From a virus (taxonomy: Duplodnaviria > Caudoviricetes), in the IMG/VR virus record IMGVR_UViG_3300031998_000006, positions 1 to 64,000 of that record: a stretch of 64,000 nt of DNA; one strand, given 5' to 3'. The notes below the pieces were generated by a model. That model was not told the origin of the DNA. It saw only the letters and a program-made list of their open reading frames with translations, and did no database searches. The position numbers and the translations under genes were made by a program. Positions 47,467 to 57,221 of this stretch are shown piece by piece; position 1 is the first letter of the stretch; each line of letters opens with the position of its first letter.

Positions 47467-49476
47467 ATGACGAACGAACGCAGAAGTAATGCCGATTACT
47501 TGCAGGAAATATGGGATTCCCTTGAGGGTGTCTGGGACAAGTCCAAGTATAATATGGAAAAGGGCTACGATGACGAGTACGGCTGTGAATGTATCACAAT
47601 CTCGCTTCGTGACAATGAGGATGTCCGTGCAAAGATTTATGTGGAAGACCACGAAGGTCAGCATCCTACCGGCTTTGAGGTGGTGTACCGCTACCCCGGC
47701 GACAAGGGTGTGGGCATAGGTGGCTACTACGAGTTCCAGAGTACCGATATGGACGGACTGGGTGAGGAAGTGTTTGACTACTTTGACGAAATTAAGAACA
47801 AGGTTGGAGAATCTATGAAGAACGAAGGAAAGAACGAAGTGTCCAACTTCTCTAGGGATAGCTTGGGAGTATCGTTTGACGGTAAGTTCGGCAATATGCG
47901 AAAGGGCGAAAGCTGGGTAGTTTACCCGGAAACCTTGGACAAGGGCTACATCTGCATCCAGGGCGATACTCGCTTCGGCTATATCAATGTGAACAAGGGC
48001 TTCCTCGTGTTGTCCGCACCGCATAGCACCCCGATTTATGCCGCACTAATGGTTGACATCAACAAGGGCAAGGCACAGTGTATTCCGCTTGAGAAGGAAA
48101 TCGTTGACCAGATTTTGAATGCCGTGAATGACAGAACCATCACGGACCATAGCCTTGACAATGTTATCCGCAATGCCGATGTCACGGATGACGAACTCAA
48201 GGGCGAAGCAAAGCAGATGGAAGCCACGAAGAAGTATTACGGTTATGGCAAGGATGATGTTATTGACAAGGAAGACACTGACTTTATGTGGCAAGTTGCT
48301 TATGATTGGTTTGAGGACCGATTGCCCGAACGATTAAAGGGTAAGGCTGATAGTGCCGTGTATAAAGTCATTGATAAGGATAGCCGTGCATACGAAGAAA
48401 TCTTGACTATGGACGATTACCACGATTACTTGCAAAAGTACGGTCCTGGCATCATCAAGGACATCAAGGCTAACAACGAAGCCAAGCAGTGCGAAGATGT
48501 GCAGTATTACTATGACCGCTTGAACCCTACTGAAAAGGAAAAGTTCAACGGACTCTCCGAACAGATTGAAACTTTGGTTGGTATGTATGACGAGAACGGG
48601 GAGTTGTCCAAACCGCAGCAAGACCAGCTTAAAGAATTGCGTGACACCATCTATGTGTTCGGATATGTTGCAAGGGGCTATGTCAGCTTTGCCGATGAAG
48701 TCCTTGCCAACTATGGGGTTGAACCTTTGCTTGACTCCAAGGAGCCAGTCTTCGATGAAGCCAGACAACCCGCAGAATATAGTGTGCATTCCTACAATGA
48801 TACGGACATCCAGCATTATGAAGACGGCACACCCGAAGAATGGAGATGTCAGCGTTGTGGTGGTTTGAACGGTGGCGAAGATGGTGAACCTTTTGGAAAA
48901 TACATTACGGATTCTAATGGAAAGGTTGTGATACGCTTACTGTGTTCTGGTTGTGCAGATGACGCTTGCGATATTCTTAATGCTACTCACGGAAATGTCC
49001 GTAAGGCTATAGGACTTGGTGAATCCAAGAAGTCCGAAGATGCTTCCGACCCTATGGTTATCTACAAGGAAGGTGGCATTTATCGCACTACACCGAAGTC
49101 CAACTACGATGCCCGTATTCAAAATGCTTTCCGCATCCAGAAGTGGGATGGCTTTGACACTCCGCAGGAAATCATCAACTATTGCACGAAGTATTCTAGT
49201 GGCTTTGACCCGGAGAATGTGATTATCGTCGAATCCAAGAAGAGCGAGTCCTTGACCCTCAAGCAGAAGGAACTCAAGGATATGGCACGCTACGGACAAG
49301 CCGAGGACATCACTACCATTTCCGACGCGGAAGCCAAGGAACTCAAGAAGAAGGGCATTGAAACGGTGGGCATCAGCCGTGGTGTCTATGGTATGAACGG
49401 TGCGTTGCTTCGTGACAACGAGGGTAATAAGTATGTGATTACCGCAAGAAGCAGTAATTTGTTCTACTTTGTTTGA
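47467..49476 (+). CDS. Acidic multi-module protein with ESKKSE-type linkers
   Basis: ESMKNE, EAKQME, EAKQCE and two ESKKSE. Includes a CQRC..CSGC zinc-ribbon module. Confidence 0.8.
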   Translation: MTNERRSNADYLQEIWDSLEGVWDKSKYNMEKGYDDEYGCECITISLRDNEDVRAKIYVEDHEGQHPTGFEVVYRYPGDKGVGIGGYYEFQSTDMDGLGEEVFDYFDEIKNKVGESMKNEGKNEVSNFSRDSLGVSFDGKFGNMRKGESWVVYPETLDKGYICIQGDTRFGYINVNKGFLVLSAPHSTPIYAALMVDINKGKAQCIPLEKEIVDQILNAVNDRTITDHSLDNVIRNADVTDDELKGEAKQMEATKKYYGYGKDDVIDKEDTDFMWQVAYDWFEDRLPERLKGKADSAVYKVIDKDSRAYEEILTMDDYHDYLQKYGPGIIKDIKANNEAKQCEDVQYYYDRLNPTEKEKFNGLSEQIETLVGMYDENGELSKPQQDQLKELRDTIYVFGYVARGYVSFADEVLANYGVEPLLDSKEPVFDEARQPAEYSVHSYNDTDIQHYEDGTPEEWRCQRCGGLNGGEDGEPFGKYITDSNGKVVIRLLCSGCADDACDILNATHGNVRKAIGLGESKKSEDASDPMVIYKEGGIYRTTPKSNYDARIQNAFRIQKWDGFDTPQEIINYCTKYSSGFDPENVIIVESKKSESLTLKQKELKDMARYGQAEDITTISDAEAKELKKKGIETVGISRGVYGMNGALLRDNEGNKYVITARSSNLFYFV

Positions 49477-49495
49477 TAACTGGGGTCTTTTACTT

Positions 49496-51628
49496 ATGAA
49501 CTATGTTAGTATCACAACATCTTACCAAGACGGACGGAACATTGTATATGTGTCTTCTATTGGTCTAGGTAAGACTATGGCAGAAGCGGAAGATAATTGC
49601 GAAAAAACTTTGTTTAAGTATCATCCGCAAGTGAAGCCTTACTATAGGGGCATCCAGAGTTGCCAGAGTCATCACAGTAATTATGATTTCAAATTGGAAG
49701 ATGCATTTACGGAATTACGTGGTTTGGACAAGAACCCGGAATTGATGCAGATACTCCTGGATTACTTGCCCGAAGCGATTACTAGGGAATTGCCCGGAAT
49801 CAAGGTTGTTTCCGATGTGACCACCAAGACTACTCCTAATGGTTTCGTTGTTTCCGTAGACTTGCAAGATAGGGATGGTAACGAGTTCACATTGGATGTG
49901 GGCTATGGTAGCAAGGTGGGTGTCCACGTTTCCATCTTCTCGGACAAGGATAATCGCTATGTGAGTGATACGGCAAAGGGTTATCCACCGCAATGCCCTA
50001 ACATCAAGGAATTGTTAAATCAATACTACAAGCACATCAATCGTGCTAGACAAAACAAGGAAGAAAGTATGAAACAATCTAAATGCTCTATGCAGAAGAA
50101 GAAGGAATCGCTCTACAAGAAAAATGAGGGTGTGTCCGCTAGTTCGTTGTTCGCAATCGACCCTAAATCGGGTCATTCCAAGATTTACGATGAACTTTGT
50201 GACATCGTAGATAACGTGTCCTATTCCGGTGTGCTGAATGCCGAAGATGCCACGGACGAATATCCCGATGCTGTTAGTGTGGATTTTGAAGTTAGTTCCG
50301 ATGATTCCGCACCGTATTCTGTGATGGTGTCTATCTATGGCAAGGAAGAAAACGATGAAGAAAGCCAGTTGTCTTATTCTGTTTGGGATGAGTACAATAA
50401 CAATTTGAAGTCCTACAAATCGGCTGTGGGTGGCGCTCCGTTAGGTTATCAAAAGGGTTATAAGATTTCCGAATTGCCCCAGATGTGGGATGACCTTCAA
50501 AAAGATATTCAGTCTTTGGTGTCCGATGCAGAACAAGATGAATCCAAGAAGTCCGAAGCTAATCTTGACGACTTGAAGGGAATGGTTGTGAGCGAAGGAA
50601 CTATGCGTTCCGAAGACCTCATTCCGAAGTTCCTGAATGTCTTGAAGACCTATGGCAAGGATAAGTACGATGCCTACGTCAAGGAAAACCCGGAAGTTCT
50701 CGACCTCGAAGGTATGGACGATGAAACGATGGGCTATGTAGTTGACGAACTCTTCAACAAGCTGGACGAAATCTCTCCGGAAGGATTCTATTTTGCCGCC
50801 CACCCGGATGATGGTGCTTGCTATGGATTCTGGGAAGTTGACCCGAATGAATCCAAGAAGTCCGAAGACTTTGATATGAACAAGGCTTTCTTCCAGGCTA
50901 AAAAGGCTATCACTGATTGGACCAAGAGGCAGGGACATAAGACCCTGGAATGGCTCTATACGGATGGTCGTAAGAGTCCAACTTCTTATCCGTCGGGTAT
51001 TTGGGATTTTGAATGGGACACGGGTAATGGGATGGCTACTGCGGAACTTAAAGTTTCTCCGTATGAGACCCGTACTAATTCGTGGAACAACAGTATGGAC
51101 TTTAGTTTGAGAGTGGGAACTGAAGATAAGCCTACGTTCTATACTTCCGTGGAAGATGTTCTGTATGCGTTAGATACGTTAATTAGCAAGAACGAAATCA
51201 AGATGGAATCCAAGAAGCCGGAAGCCTGCAAGGGTGGCAAGGACGATGATAAGAAGGGTGGCAAGGATGGCAAGGCTGCCGAATCCAAGAAGTCCGAAGG
51301 TGTCAGTGGTACAATCACGATGAACATTGACTATAACACCTTTATGCGTCTTCTTGATGCCGCCGCGTTCCTTGATGCAGATGAAGATTACAAGGATGCT
51401 CTCTGGGATTATTATTCCGAACTGGGCGAAATTGGTGGCGAAGCCTTTGTGTTCTTTGATAACCTCTTCCAGTACACGGCTTGGTACGATGTTGACGAAA
51501 TGTATGACGAAATAGGAGAACGCTTCCAAGACGAATCCAAGAGCAAGGAAGAATGCATTCAGGATGCTATCGACGATGGCGATATGACCATCTATCAGTA
51601 CAAGGACCACTACCTCGTTCTTAACTAA
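49496..51628 (+). CDS. Acidic multi-module protein with ESKKSE-type linkers
   Basis: KCSMQKKKESL, three ESKKSE and one ESKKPE. Confidence 0.8.
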   Translation: MNYVSITTSYQDGRNIVYVSSIGLGKTMAEAEDNCEKTLFKYHPQVKPYYRGIQSCQSHHSNYDFKLEDAFTELRGLDKNPELMQILLDYLPEAITRELPGIKVVSDVTTKTTPNGFVVSVDLQDRDGNEFTLDVGYGSKVGVHVSIFSDKDNRYVSDTAKGYPPQCPNIKELLNQYYKHINRARQNKEESMKQSKCSMQKKKESLYKKNEGVSASSLFAIDPKSGHSKIYDELCDIVDNVSYSGVLNAEDATDEYPDAVSVDFEVSSDDSAPYSVMVSIYGKEENDEESQLSYSVWDEYNNNLKSYKSAVGGAPLGYQKGYKISELPQMWDDLQKDIQSLVSDAEQDESKKSEANLDDLKGMVVSEGTMRSEDLIPKFLNVLKTYGKDKYDAYVKENPEVLDLEGMDDETMGYVVDELFNKLDEISPEGFYFAAHPDDGACYGFWEVDPNESKKSEDFDMNKAFFQAKKAITDWTKRQGHKTLEWLYTDGRKSPTSYPSGIWDFEWDTGNGMATAELKVSPYETRTNSWNNSMDFSLRVGTEDKPTFYTSVEDVLYALDTLISKNEIKMESKKPEACKGGKDDDKKGGKDGKAAESKKSEGVSGTITMNIDYNTFMRLLDAAAFLDADEDYKDALWDYYSELGEIGGEAFVFFDNLFQYTAWYDVDEMYDEIGERFQDESKSKEECIQDAIDDGDMTIYQYKDHYLVLN

Positions 51629-51647
51629 TCGCTGTACCTCGCGTTGT

Positions 51648-51674
51648 ACCGCCCCTATTTTGGGGCGGTTTTTT
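51648..51674 (+). terminator. Intrinsic terminator
   Basis: ACCGCCCC/GGGGCGGT stem followed by a T run. Confidence 0.88.
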
Positions 51675-51749
51675 CGTATAGGGAGATTTCTCATAGGATA
51701 GGTTTTTAGTTATATTTCCTAGTGGAAAACATTTGCAGAGGATTTAGCT

Positions 51750-52562
51750 ATGTCCAAATTGACCATCAAGGTACACGAAAACAAGTCCGAGGATTTCAAC
51801 TACGGGCGTGTTAGCACTCCGGTTGCCCAAGCCTACAAGGTTTTGGATGACCAGTATTGCGATGAAAAGACCGGTAAGATGACCGGTCCGGCATTTGACT
51901 CTATTATGCTTATGGCAGAGAATGATGAACCGATTTACAACTATGCCCAAAGCAAGAGAGTTAAGTCGCATTCTGTTGCTTGGATGGCTCTGTTGAAGGA
52001 CATTGCGATGACACTTCAATGGCACGATGATGTGCCACACGCTGAAAACTTGACCTCCGAGCAGGTCAAGAATTGGTTCAAGTTCAAGGGTCAGGATTAT
52101 AAGACGGAACTCGCTCCGTTGGTAAAGCTCATCGACGAATGGCGTGCCGATATGTTCAAGGACGAATCCAAGAAGTCCGAATCTCTCGCAGCGGATATGT
52201 CCAAGGCGATTCAGCAAAGCAAGCCTAAAGTTCTCTTGAGTGATGATGCTGTTGACTACTTTAATGATTACGATTCTATGCTTGACCAATTTGAAGGGGC
52301 ATACCAGACGGTCATTCACATCAATGGTAAGCACGGAGTTGAAGAAATGTGGTTTATTTATGAACCGGATGACAACATCGTTGCTATTGGTGACTTTGAT
52401 GTAGACCGTGCCGATGCTGAAAGGGCAAAGGAACTTATGGAAAAGTTCGTCCGTGGCGAACTTACCGAAAAGCCCGGAAACTCCGATGACCTTGAAAGTG
52501 TTGATTACATCGCCATCGTGGATGGCAATACCTACACCTCTACCGCATTCGTGGAAGGATAA
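51750..52562 (+). CDS. Putative internal head protein (leader MSKLTIKVHE plus internal ESKKSE)
   Basis: Carries both signals in one ORF. Confidence 0.8.
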   Translation: MSKLTIKVHENKSEDFNYGRVSTPVAQAYKVLDDQYCDEKTGKMTGPAFDSIMLMAENDEPIYNYAQSKRVKSHSVAWMALLKDIAMTLQWHDDVPHAENLTSEQVKNWFKFKGQDYKTELAPLVKLIDEWRADMFKDESKKSESLAADMSKAIQQSKPKVLLSDDAVDYFNDYDSMLDQFEGAYQTVIHINGKHGVEEMWFIYEPDDNIVAIGDFDVDRADAERAKELMEKFVRGELTEKPGNSDDLESVDYIAIVDGNTYTSTAFVEG

Positions 52563-52570
52563 TTACTACA

Positions 52571-53287
52571 ATGCTTGAACCGGATAACCAGAAAGTCTAT
52601 TTTACATCCGAAGACCTCTCGGAACTTTTCCCGGAAGCGGAAGACCCGATGAGTGCCGCTCTTGACGTGCTTGAGGGCGAGAAGTCCTTCATCGTGGTTG
52701 ACGGCACGGAACTCCCTCTCGGTTACGATTCCGAGAAGGATGCAATCATCATCGAGGATTCCGATGCATCGTCAGAAACCGCACGAAAGGCTCGTCAGCT
52801 TATGCAGTTGTTCGTGTCTAACGAACTTTTCTCTGCCCGTGACATCGAGGGCGAAAACGGATATATGCCCGATGAGGACTACCCGTATTCTGTGAATATT
52901 ACGGATGGTCAGTCCGCTAGGGTTGTGTCATATTATCCGTCCGAAGAGATGATTTATCCTACAGAAGTGAGCCTTTGGTCTGGAAGCGGTTACACCACTA
53001 CGGACATCTATGTTGAAGCGGACGATGACAATGCCGAGGGCGCTCTTGAGGAAGCCGTGGCATCCGCAGACAAGCACGGATGGAAGGGTGTGTTGTTAGA
53101 CACAACGGAAGTCGAAAATGATATGGCAGCGGATGGACACTACAATTTGGAAACGGGCGAAGGGGATGCCGTGTTCGACGAGACATACCTTTATGTGGAT
53201 GCTACGATGGCTGGTGCTTCGCAGCCCTACTATGTGTATGCCGAAAACTTCGGTGTCCGTCCTAACCGCAAGTTGAGAATTAAATAA
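52571..53287 (+). CDS. Acidic hypothetical protein
   Basis: 238 aa, same codon style as the cluster. Confidence 0.75.
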   Translation: MLEPDNQKVYFTSEDLSELFPEAEDPMSAALDVLEGEKSFIVVDGTELPLGYDSEKDAIIIEDSDASSETARKARQLMQLFVSNELFSARDIEGENGYMPDEDYPYSVNITDGQSARVVSYYPSEEMIYPTEVSLWSGSGYTTTDIYVEADDDNAEGALEEAVASADKHGWKGVLLDTTEVENDMAADGHYNLETGEGDAVFDETYLYVDATMAGASQPYYVYAENFGVRPNRKLRIK

Positions 53288-53302
53288 AGGAGCGAATGCT
53301 TT

Positions 53303-55186
53303 ATGGCTTTGAGAATTAACAATCACACGAAGGATTTTGCCGGTAAATTGCACGAATCCAAGAAGTCCGAGGGCAAGTGGGAAATCACTCCGCAAGAAAT
53401 GAATAACAAGTTCTTGCCGTTTCTTGGTAATCAAGTGGTGGCTACTCGTATTACCTCTCCGTCGCAGATTCCGGGCTACAATGCTCCGTTCAACATCGAC
53501 AAGCATTCTACCTATTACCTCATTGAACCGAATCCCGATTTCAATAGGGGTGCGAATAAGAATGTTCGTTCCGTCATTGTTGGATGGCAGGGCGATTCTA
53601 ACAAGGAATGGGTAATCCGTGTATATCCTACGGCTGACAAGTCGAAGGGTCAGTGGGATTGGAGTAATATGCCCATTGATGACGATGCAGCCGATTGGAG
53701 AGATGCGGCACGATATGTCACTAATTTGGTATTGAACGATTCAAAGAAGGAATCTACTATGACTGCACACAAGTTTGGCAACAAGTCCGAATCTTCCCGC
53801 TATGGTAGCGGTATGGCTACTCGTAAGGATTTCTCCAAGACTCGTAATCTTGGCGACATCCTTGAAGTCCTTGAATCCCACCGCAAATTGCTCAAGGCGG
53901 CTGCCGAGGATATGAACCAGAGCAAGGCTGACTTGAAGGATGCCATCAAGCGTCTTAACGAGTTTGAAAAGAATGCGGACTTCCTCAAGCAACAGTCCGT
54001 GAAGGGCATCAAGAAAGCGATAGCGGTCAAGAACTCCCCGGAAGTCCAGGCTTCGGGCGAAGTCATCGACGCTCTCAAGAGTGTCATTTCCATCATTGCG
54101 GCTGATTATGCTAACATCCCCGATGTCAAGCAGCTTATGACCGTCATAGACAGCCGATATGCCACTCGTGGTAGCCAGATTCTCACAACCCTTGAAGGTC
54201 AGGTTTCCCGTGCTATTGAAGTGGATATGAAGACCCTCCAGAACAGCATCGACAATGGCGATGTTGCCGAAGACGACATTATGAAGTTCGTGACCACCAC
54301 TACCATCACTCATGGCGTACAGAGCAAGAGCGTGGTGGAAAATGTCACTCCGGTCCTGGAACGAATGAATGCGATGATTGAAGCATCCTCCAAGATGCAG
54401 GAAGCCGTTATCGACCCGAAGGAGTTTAAGGAACTTCGTGACCTCGTGGAACAGATTGTGAAGGAAGCATCCGCTCCGAAGGACACCTTCCGTACATCCA
54501 TTGTTGCACTCGACAAGGACACTATCGCATCCGTCAAGACTGAATCCAAGATTGTTGAAGGTCTGCTCGACAAGCTCAAGTCCGTAGTGTCCGCAATCAA
54601 GGACAAGATTTCCGCTTTGTGGGATTCCTTCACTTCTCTCTTCTTTAGCGTGGAAGACGAAGCCCTTGAATCCGCTGACGTGTTCAACGAAGTGGAAGTT
54701 AGCCTTGCCATTGTTGGTATCGAGGTTCCGTCCGCTCCGAAGACTGAAAGCCTTGGTAAGCAGTTTGAAGTTCTTACGAAGTCTGTGCTTCACTGTTGCG
54801 ATAAGCTCGTCAAGGACGCTTCTCTCGCAGGAGAGTTCGACGACGAAGTTATATATGCGGAAGATGCGGTTAAGAATGCCGTTGAATCTTTCAAGAACCT
54901 CGGCAATGCTTGCAAGTCCTTGAAGTCCGTCCTCTCCTATCACAAGAACGAAGACAATATGAATGTCATCGGAATCTTGGCTGATGCCATCACGCAGATT
55001 GTTGCTGACGATGCTGGCGAAGAAGGTGGCGAGGGTAGCGAAGGTGGCGATGGCGAAGTTGGTGGCGAATCCGTCCTTGACCAGATTGAGAACGAATACT
55101 CCCCGGCTGGTGGCGAAGAGAACGAAGAACCCGAAGCTAATGCCGCACCCAACCCGGCTGAAATGGGAACTCCCGAAGAGTTCTAG
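53303..55186 (+). CDS. Modular coiled-coil protein with an N-terminal ESKKSE
   Basis: KLHESKKSE, DSKKES, KTESK and KTESL, with an acidic Gly-rich tail. Confidence 0.78.
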   Translation: MALRINNHTKDFAGKLHESKKSEGKWEITPQEMNNKFLPFLGNQVVATRITSPSQIPGYNAPFNIDKHSTYYLIEPNPDFNRGANKNVRSVIVGWQGDSNKEWVIRVYPTADKSKGQWDWSNMPIDDDAADWRDAARYVTNLVLNDSKKESTMTAHKFGNKSESSRYGSGMATRKDFSKTRNLGDILEVLESHRKLLKAAAEDMNQSKADLKDAIKRLNEFEKNADFLKQQSVKGIKKAIAVKNSPEVQASGEVIDALKSVISIIAADYANIPDVKQLMTVIDSRYATRGSQILTTLEGQVSRAIEVDMKTLQNSIDNGDVAEDDIMKFVTTTTITHGVQSKSVVENVTPVLERMNAMIEASSKMQEAVIDPKEFKELRDLVEQIVKEASAPKDTFRTSIVALDKDTIASVKTESKIVEGLLDKLKSVVSAIKDKISALWDSFTSLFFSVEDEALESADVFNEVEVSLAIVGIEVPSAPKTESLGKQFEVLTKSVLHCCDKLVKDASLAGEFDDEVIYAEDAVKNAVESFKNLGNACKSLKSVLSYHKNEDNMNVIGILADAITQIVADDAGEEGGEGSEGGDGEVGGESVLDQIENEYSPAGGEENEEPEANAAPNPAEMGTPEEF

Positions 55187-55210
55187 TAGTTTACCTATTG
55201 GTCAACGTGG

Positions 55211-55240
55211 GGTGCGGGGGCAGTAATGCTTCCGCACCTT
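55211..55240 (+). terminator. Hairpin, probable terminator
   Basis: GGTGCGG..GCA GTAA TGC..CCGCACC with only a short T tail. Confidence 0.6.
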
Positions 55241-55311
55241 GTTATACACGGGCATCCGTGTATATATTATGAGGACAACCACAGATTCACAATCAGCGAT
55301 GAGGTAATATC

Positions 55312-55479
55312 GTGGTAACATTGGAAGAAAAGGTTAAGGAACTTTACAATTCCTTGAAGGCTCCATGTAAGGAGAAAGGTCTTTGTTTAGCCTGGGAAGT
55401 TCATAAAGCCTTGAATAAGTTTCGGAAGGAACATCCCGACCTCGACGAAAAGTGGTCGAGGGAAGCCTACGGCTTATAG
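55312..55479 (+). CDS. 55-aa hypothetical protein (below the ORF-track cutoff)
   Basis: GAGGT RBS with a GTG start; VVTLEEKVKELY...EAYGL*. Confidence 0.55.
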   Translation: MVTLEEKVKELYNSLKAPCKEKGLCLAWEVHKALNKFRKEHPDLDEKWSREAYGL

Positions 55480-55661
55480 CCCAAGCACTTGATAATTTAT
55501 TATATACCCATATATGCATACACCGAAAATTTCAAAATTAAATCGGATGGGTGGTATTAGCATATAGGGAGTACATAGTAATTTTTTTATTAAAATAAGT
55601 CCAAGCCTATTGCAAGCATAGTAATAATTATGTACATTTGTTACTGAACACGGGTGAAAGT

Positions 55662-56873
55662 ATGTGTACACTAACTTATAATGCAGAATTGCAATTTAAG
55701 GATAGCGAAGCCTTGGAGTATTGGTTGGGTTTACTTAATGCATCTAGGCTTGCTTATAATACTTGTGCTAAAATACTTTTTTCCAAGAAGATACACTTGG
55801 ACTTGAAATCTGTTCATAATGCGGTGTATTATACTTTACGAGAACAGTTCCCTATAATTCCATCTCAAGGTATTATAAAAATATATAAGGAATGTATTTC
55901 TGCATTTCGTGCAATCAATTCAAATGGGCATATAGGACATAAGATTCCTGAAAAGACGAATTGTTCAATGCGTCTGGATAAACGTTTGTACTCTAAGATG
56001 AGTATTGATGGTATAACTTTATGTTCTAGGAAATTAAATCATAGGGTTATTGCTACATTGGTTAAGTTTCCTAGGTTGGTTGAATTATTCAAGCAATATC
56101 CTACTCGCGACCCTCTAATTTTCAAGCGGGGTAATACCTTCTATCTGTCTATCCCATTTGAAGTACCCGAGATACCCCAGCACGATGATACTTGTATCGG
56201 CATTGATATGGGAGAACGAAGGTTTGCAATCACATCCGATGGGCTGATGTTCAACGATAAGGAGTATAATACCCGAAGGAGAAAGATTCGTTACTTGAAG
56301 CGATGCTTGCAGAAGAAAGGAACGAAATCTGCCAATAGGCATAAGCGTAAGCTGTCCCATAAGGAACAGAACCAGTCCACTGATATATGTAACCACATTG
56401 CCAATGCTATCATTGCCAGCACTACTGCAAGCATCATAGTTCTTGAAGACTTGAGCAACATCAAGAAAAATACATCCCATTCCAAGGAAGGATTCAAGAA
56501 GAAATCCCACAACCGTAGGATTTCCCAAATACCATTTTACAAGTTTAAACAGATATTGTCATACAAGGCACTACTCCACGGAAAACGGGTAGAAACAGTT
56601 TCTCCATTTATGACAAGCCAAGTTGATTGCACAACCAACAAGAAAGAAGGTACTCGCAAGAACCGTAGGTTCTACTGCAAGAATGGTACTGTACTTGATT
56701 CCGATTGGAATGCGGCAATCAACATCGCTCGGAAGAGCAAACATCCCTTCTCGTTCTCGATACCCTATGACGGGGCTTTGAGAACCTGGAGGGCAGGGTG
56801 CAAGTCAACCACCCAATCGTACTGTAAGCCTATCGTGGAAACACAGATAGCATTACAAGCTCGCACCTTTTAG
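55662..56873 (+). CDS. tnpB: RNA-guided nuclease TnpB
   Basis: IGIDMG, IVLEDL and DSDWNAAINI with a degenerate zinc finger. The right-end hairpin CAAG-CTCGCACCTTTTAGGGCGTGAG..TGAC ends at 56889. Confidence 0.92.
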   Translation: MCTLTYNAELQFKDSEALEYWLGLLNASRLAYNTCAKILFSKKIHLDLKSVHNAVYYTLREQFPIIPSQGIIKIYKECISAFRAINSNGHIGHKIPEKTNCSMRLDKRLYSKMSIDGITLCSRKLNHRVIATLVKFPRLVELFKQYPTRDPLIFKRGNTFYLSIPFEVPEIPQHDDTCIGIDMGERRFAITSDGLMFNDKEYNTRRRKIRYLKRCLQKKGTKSANRHKRKLSHKEQNQSTDICNHIANAIIASTTASIIVLEDLSNIKKNTSHSKEGFKKKSHNRRISQIPFYKFKQILSYKALLHGKRVETVSPFMTSQVDCTTNKKEGTRKNRRFYCKNGTVLDSDWNAAINIARKSKHPFSFSIPYDGALRTWRAGCKSTTQSYCKPIVETQIALQARTF

Positions 56874-57040
56874 GGCGTGAGCGGTTGACCGAAAATGCAA
56901 AGTTTATGTTATTGTCGAATTTATTTGTTTGTAATGTATGGTGTTGACGATTTGAGATAATATAGTTGTGGTGTAGGGAGTTTACTTATAGAATATGCTG
57001 GCGGTTTTTATTACCTTCTATGCTTATTTATCGAGTACCA

Positions 57041-57100
57041 CTTGATAATTTGTTATATAAGTAGATAATTTGTTAGATAACTAGATAATTTATTATATTT
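57041..57100 (+). repeat. Three tandem 20-bp repeats
   Basis: CTTGATAATTTGTTATATAA / GTAGATAATTTGTTAGATAA / CTAGATAATTTATTATATTT. Confidence 0.85.
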
Positions 57101-57221
57101 AGTTTGTACAAACTAGCGAACCATATACATTTTCAAATTAACGAAACTCCGTTGTTTTTGCATCGGGTTTTTTTATTTATATTTAAACTGTTGCAACAAA
57201 AATAAAAGGAGTATTCCTCAA

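Noticed and set aside
35986-53371. GAATCCAAGAAGTCCGA DNA repeat as a CRISPR repeat or integron-like recombination site
   Set aside because: Spacing is irregular and always in frame. Two copies use AGC for Ser, and the codons are the phage's preferred ones, so conservation appears to be at protein level. A secondary role as microhomology is not excluded.
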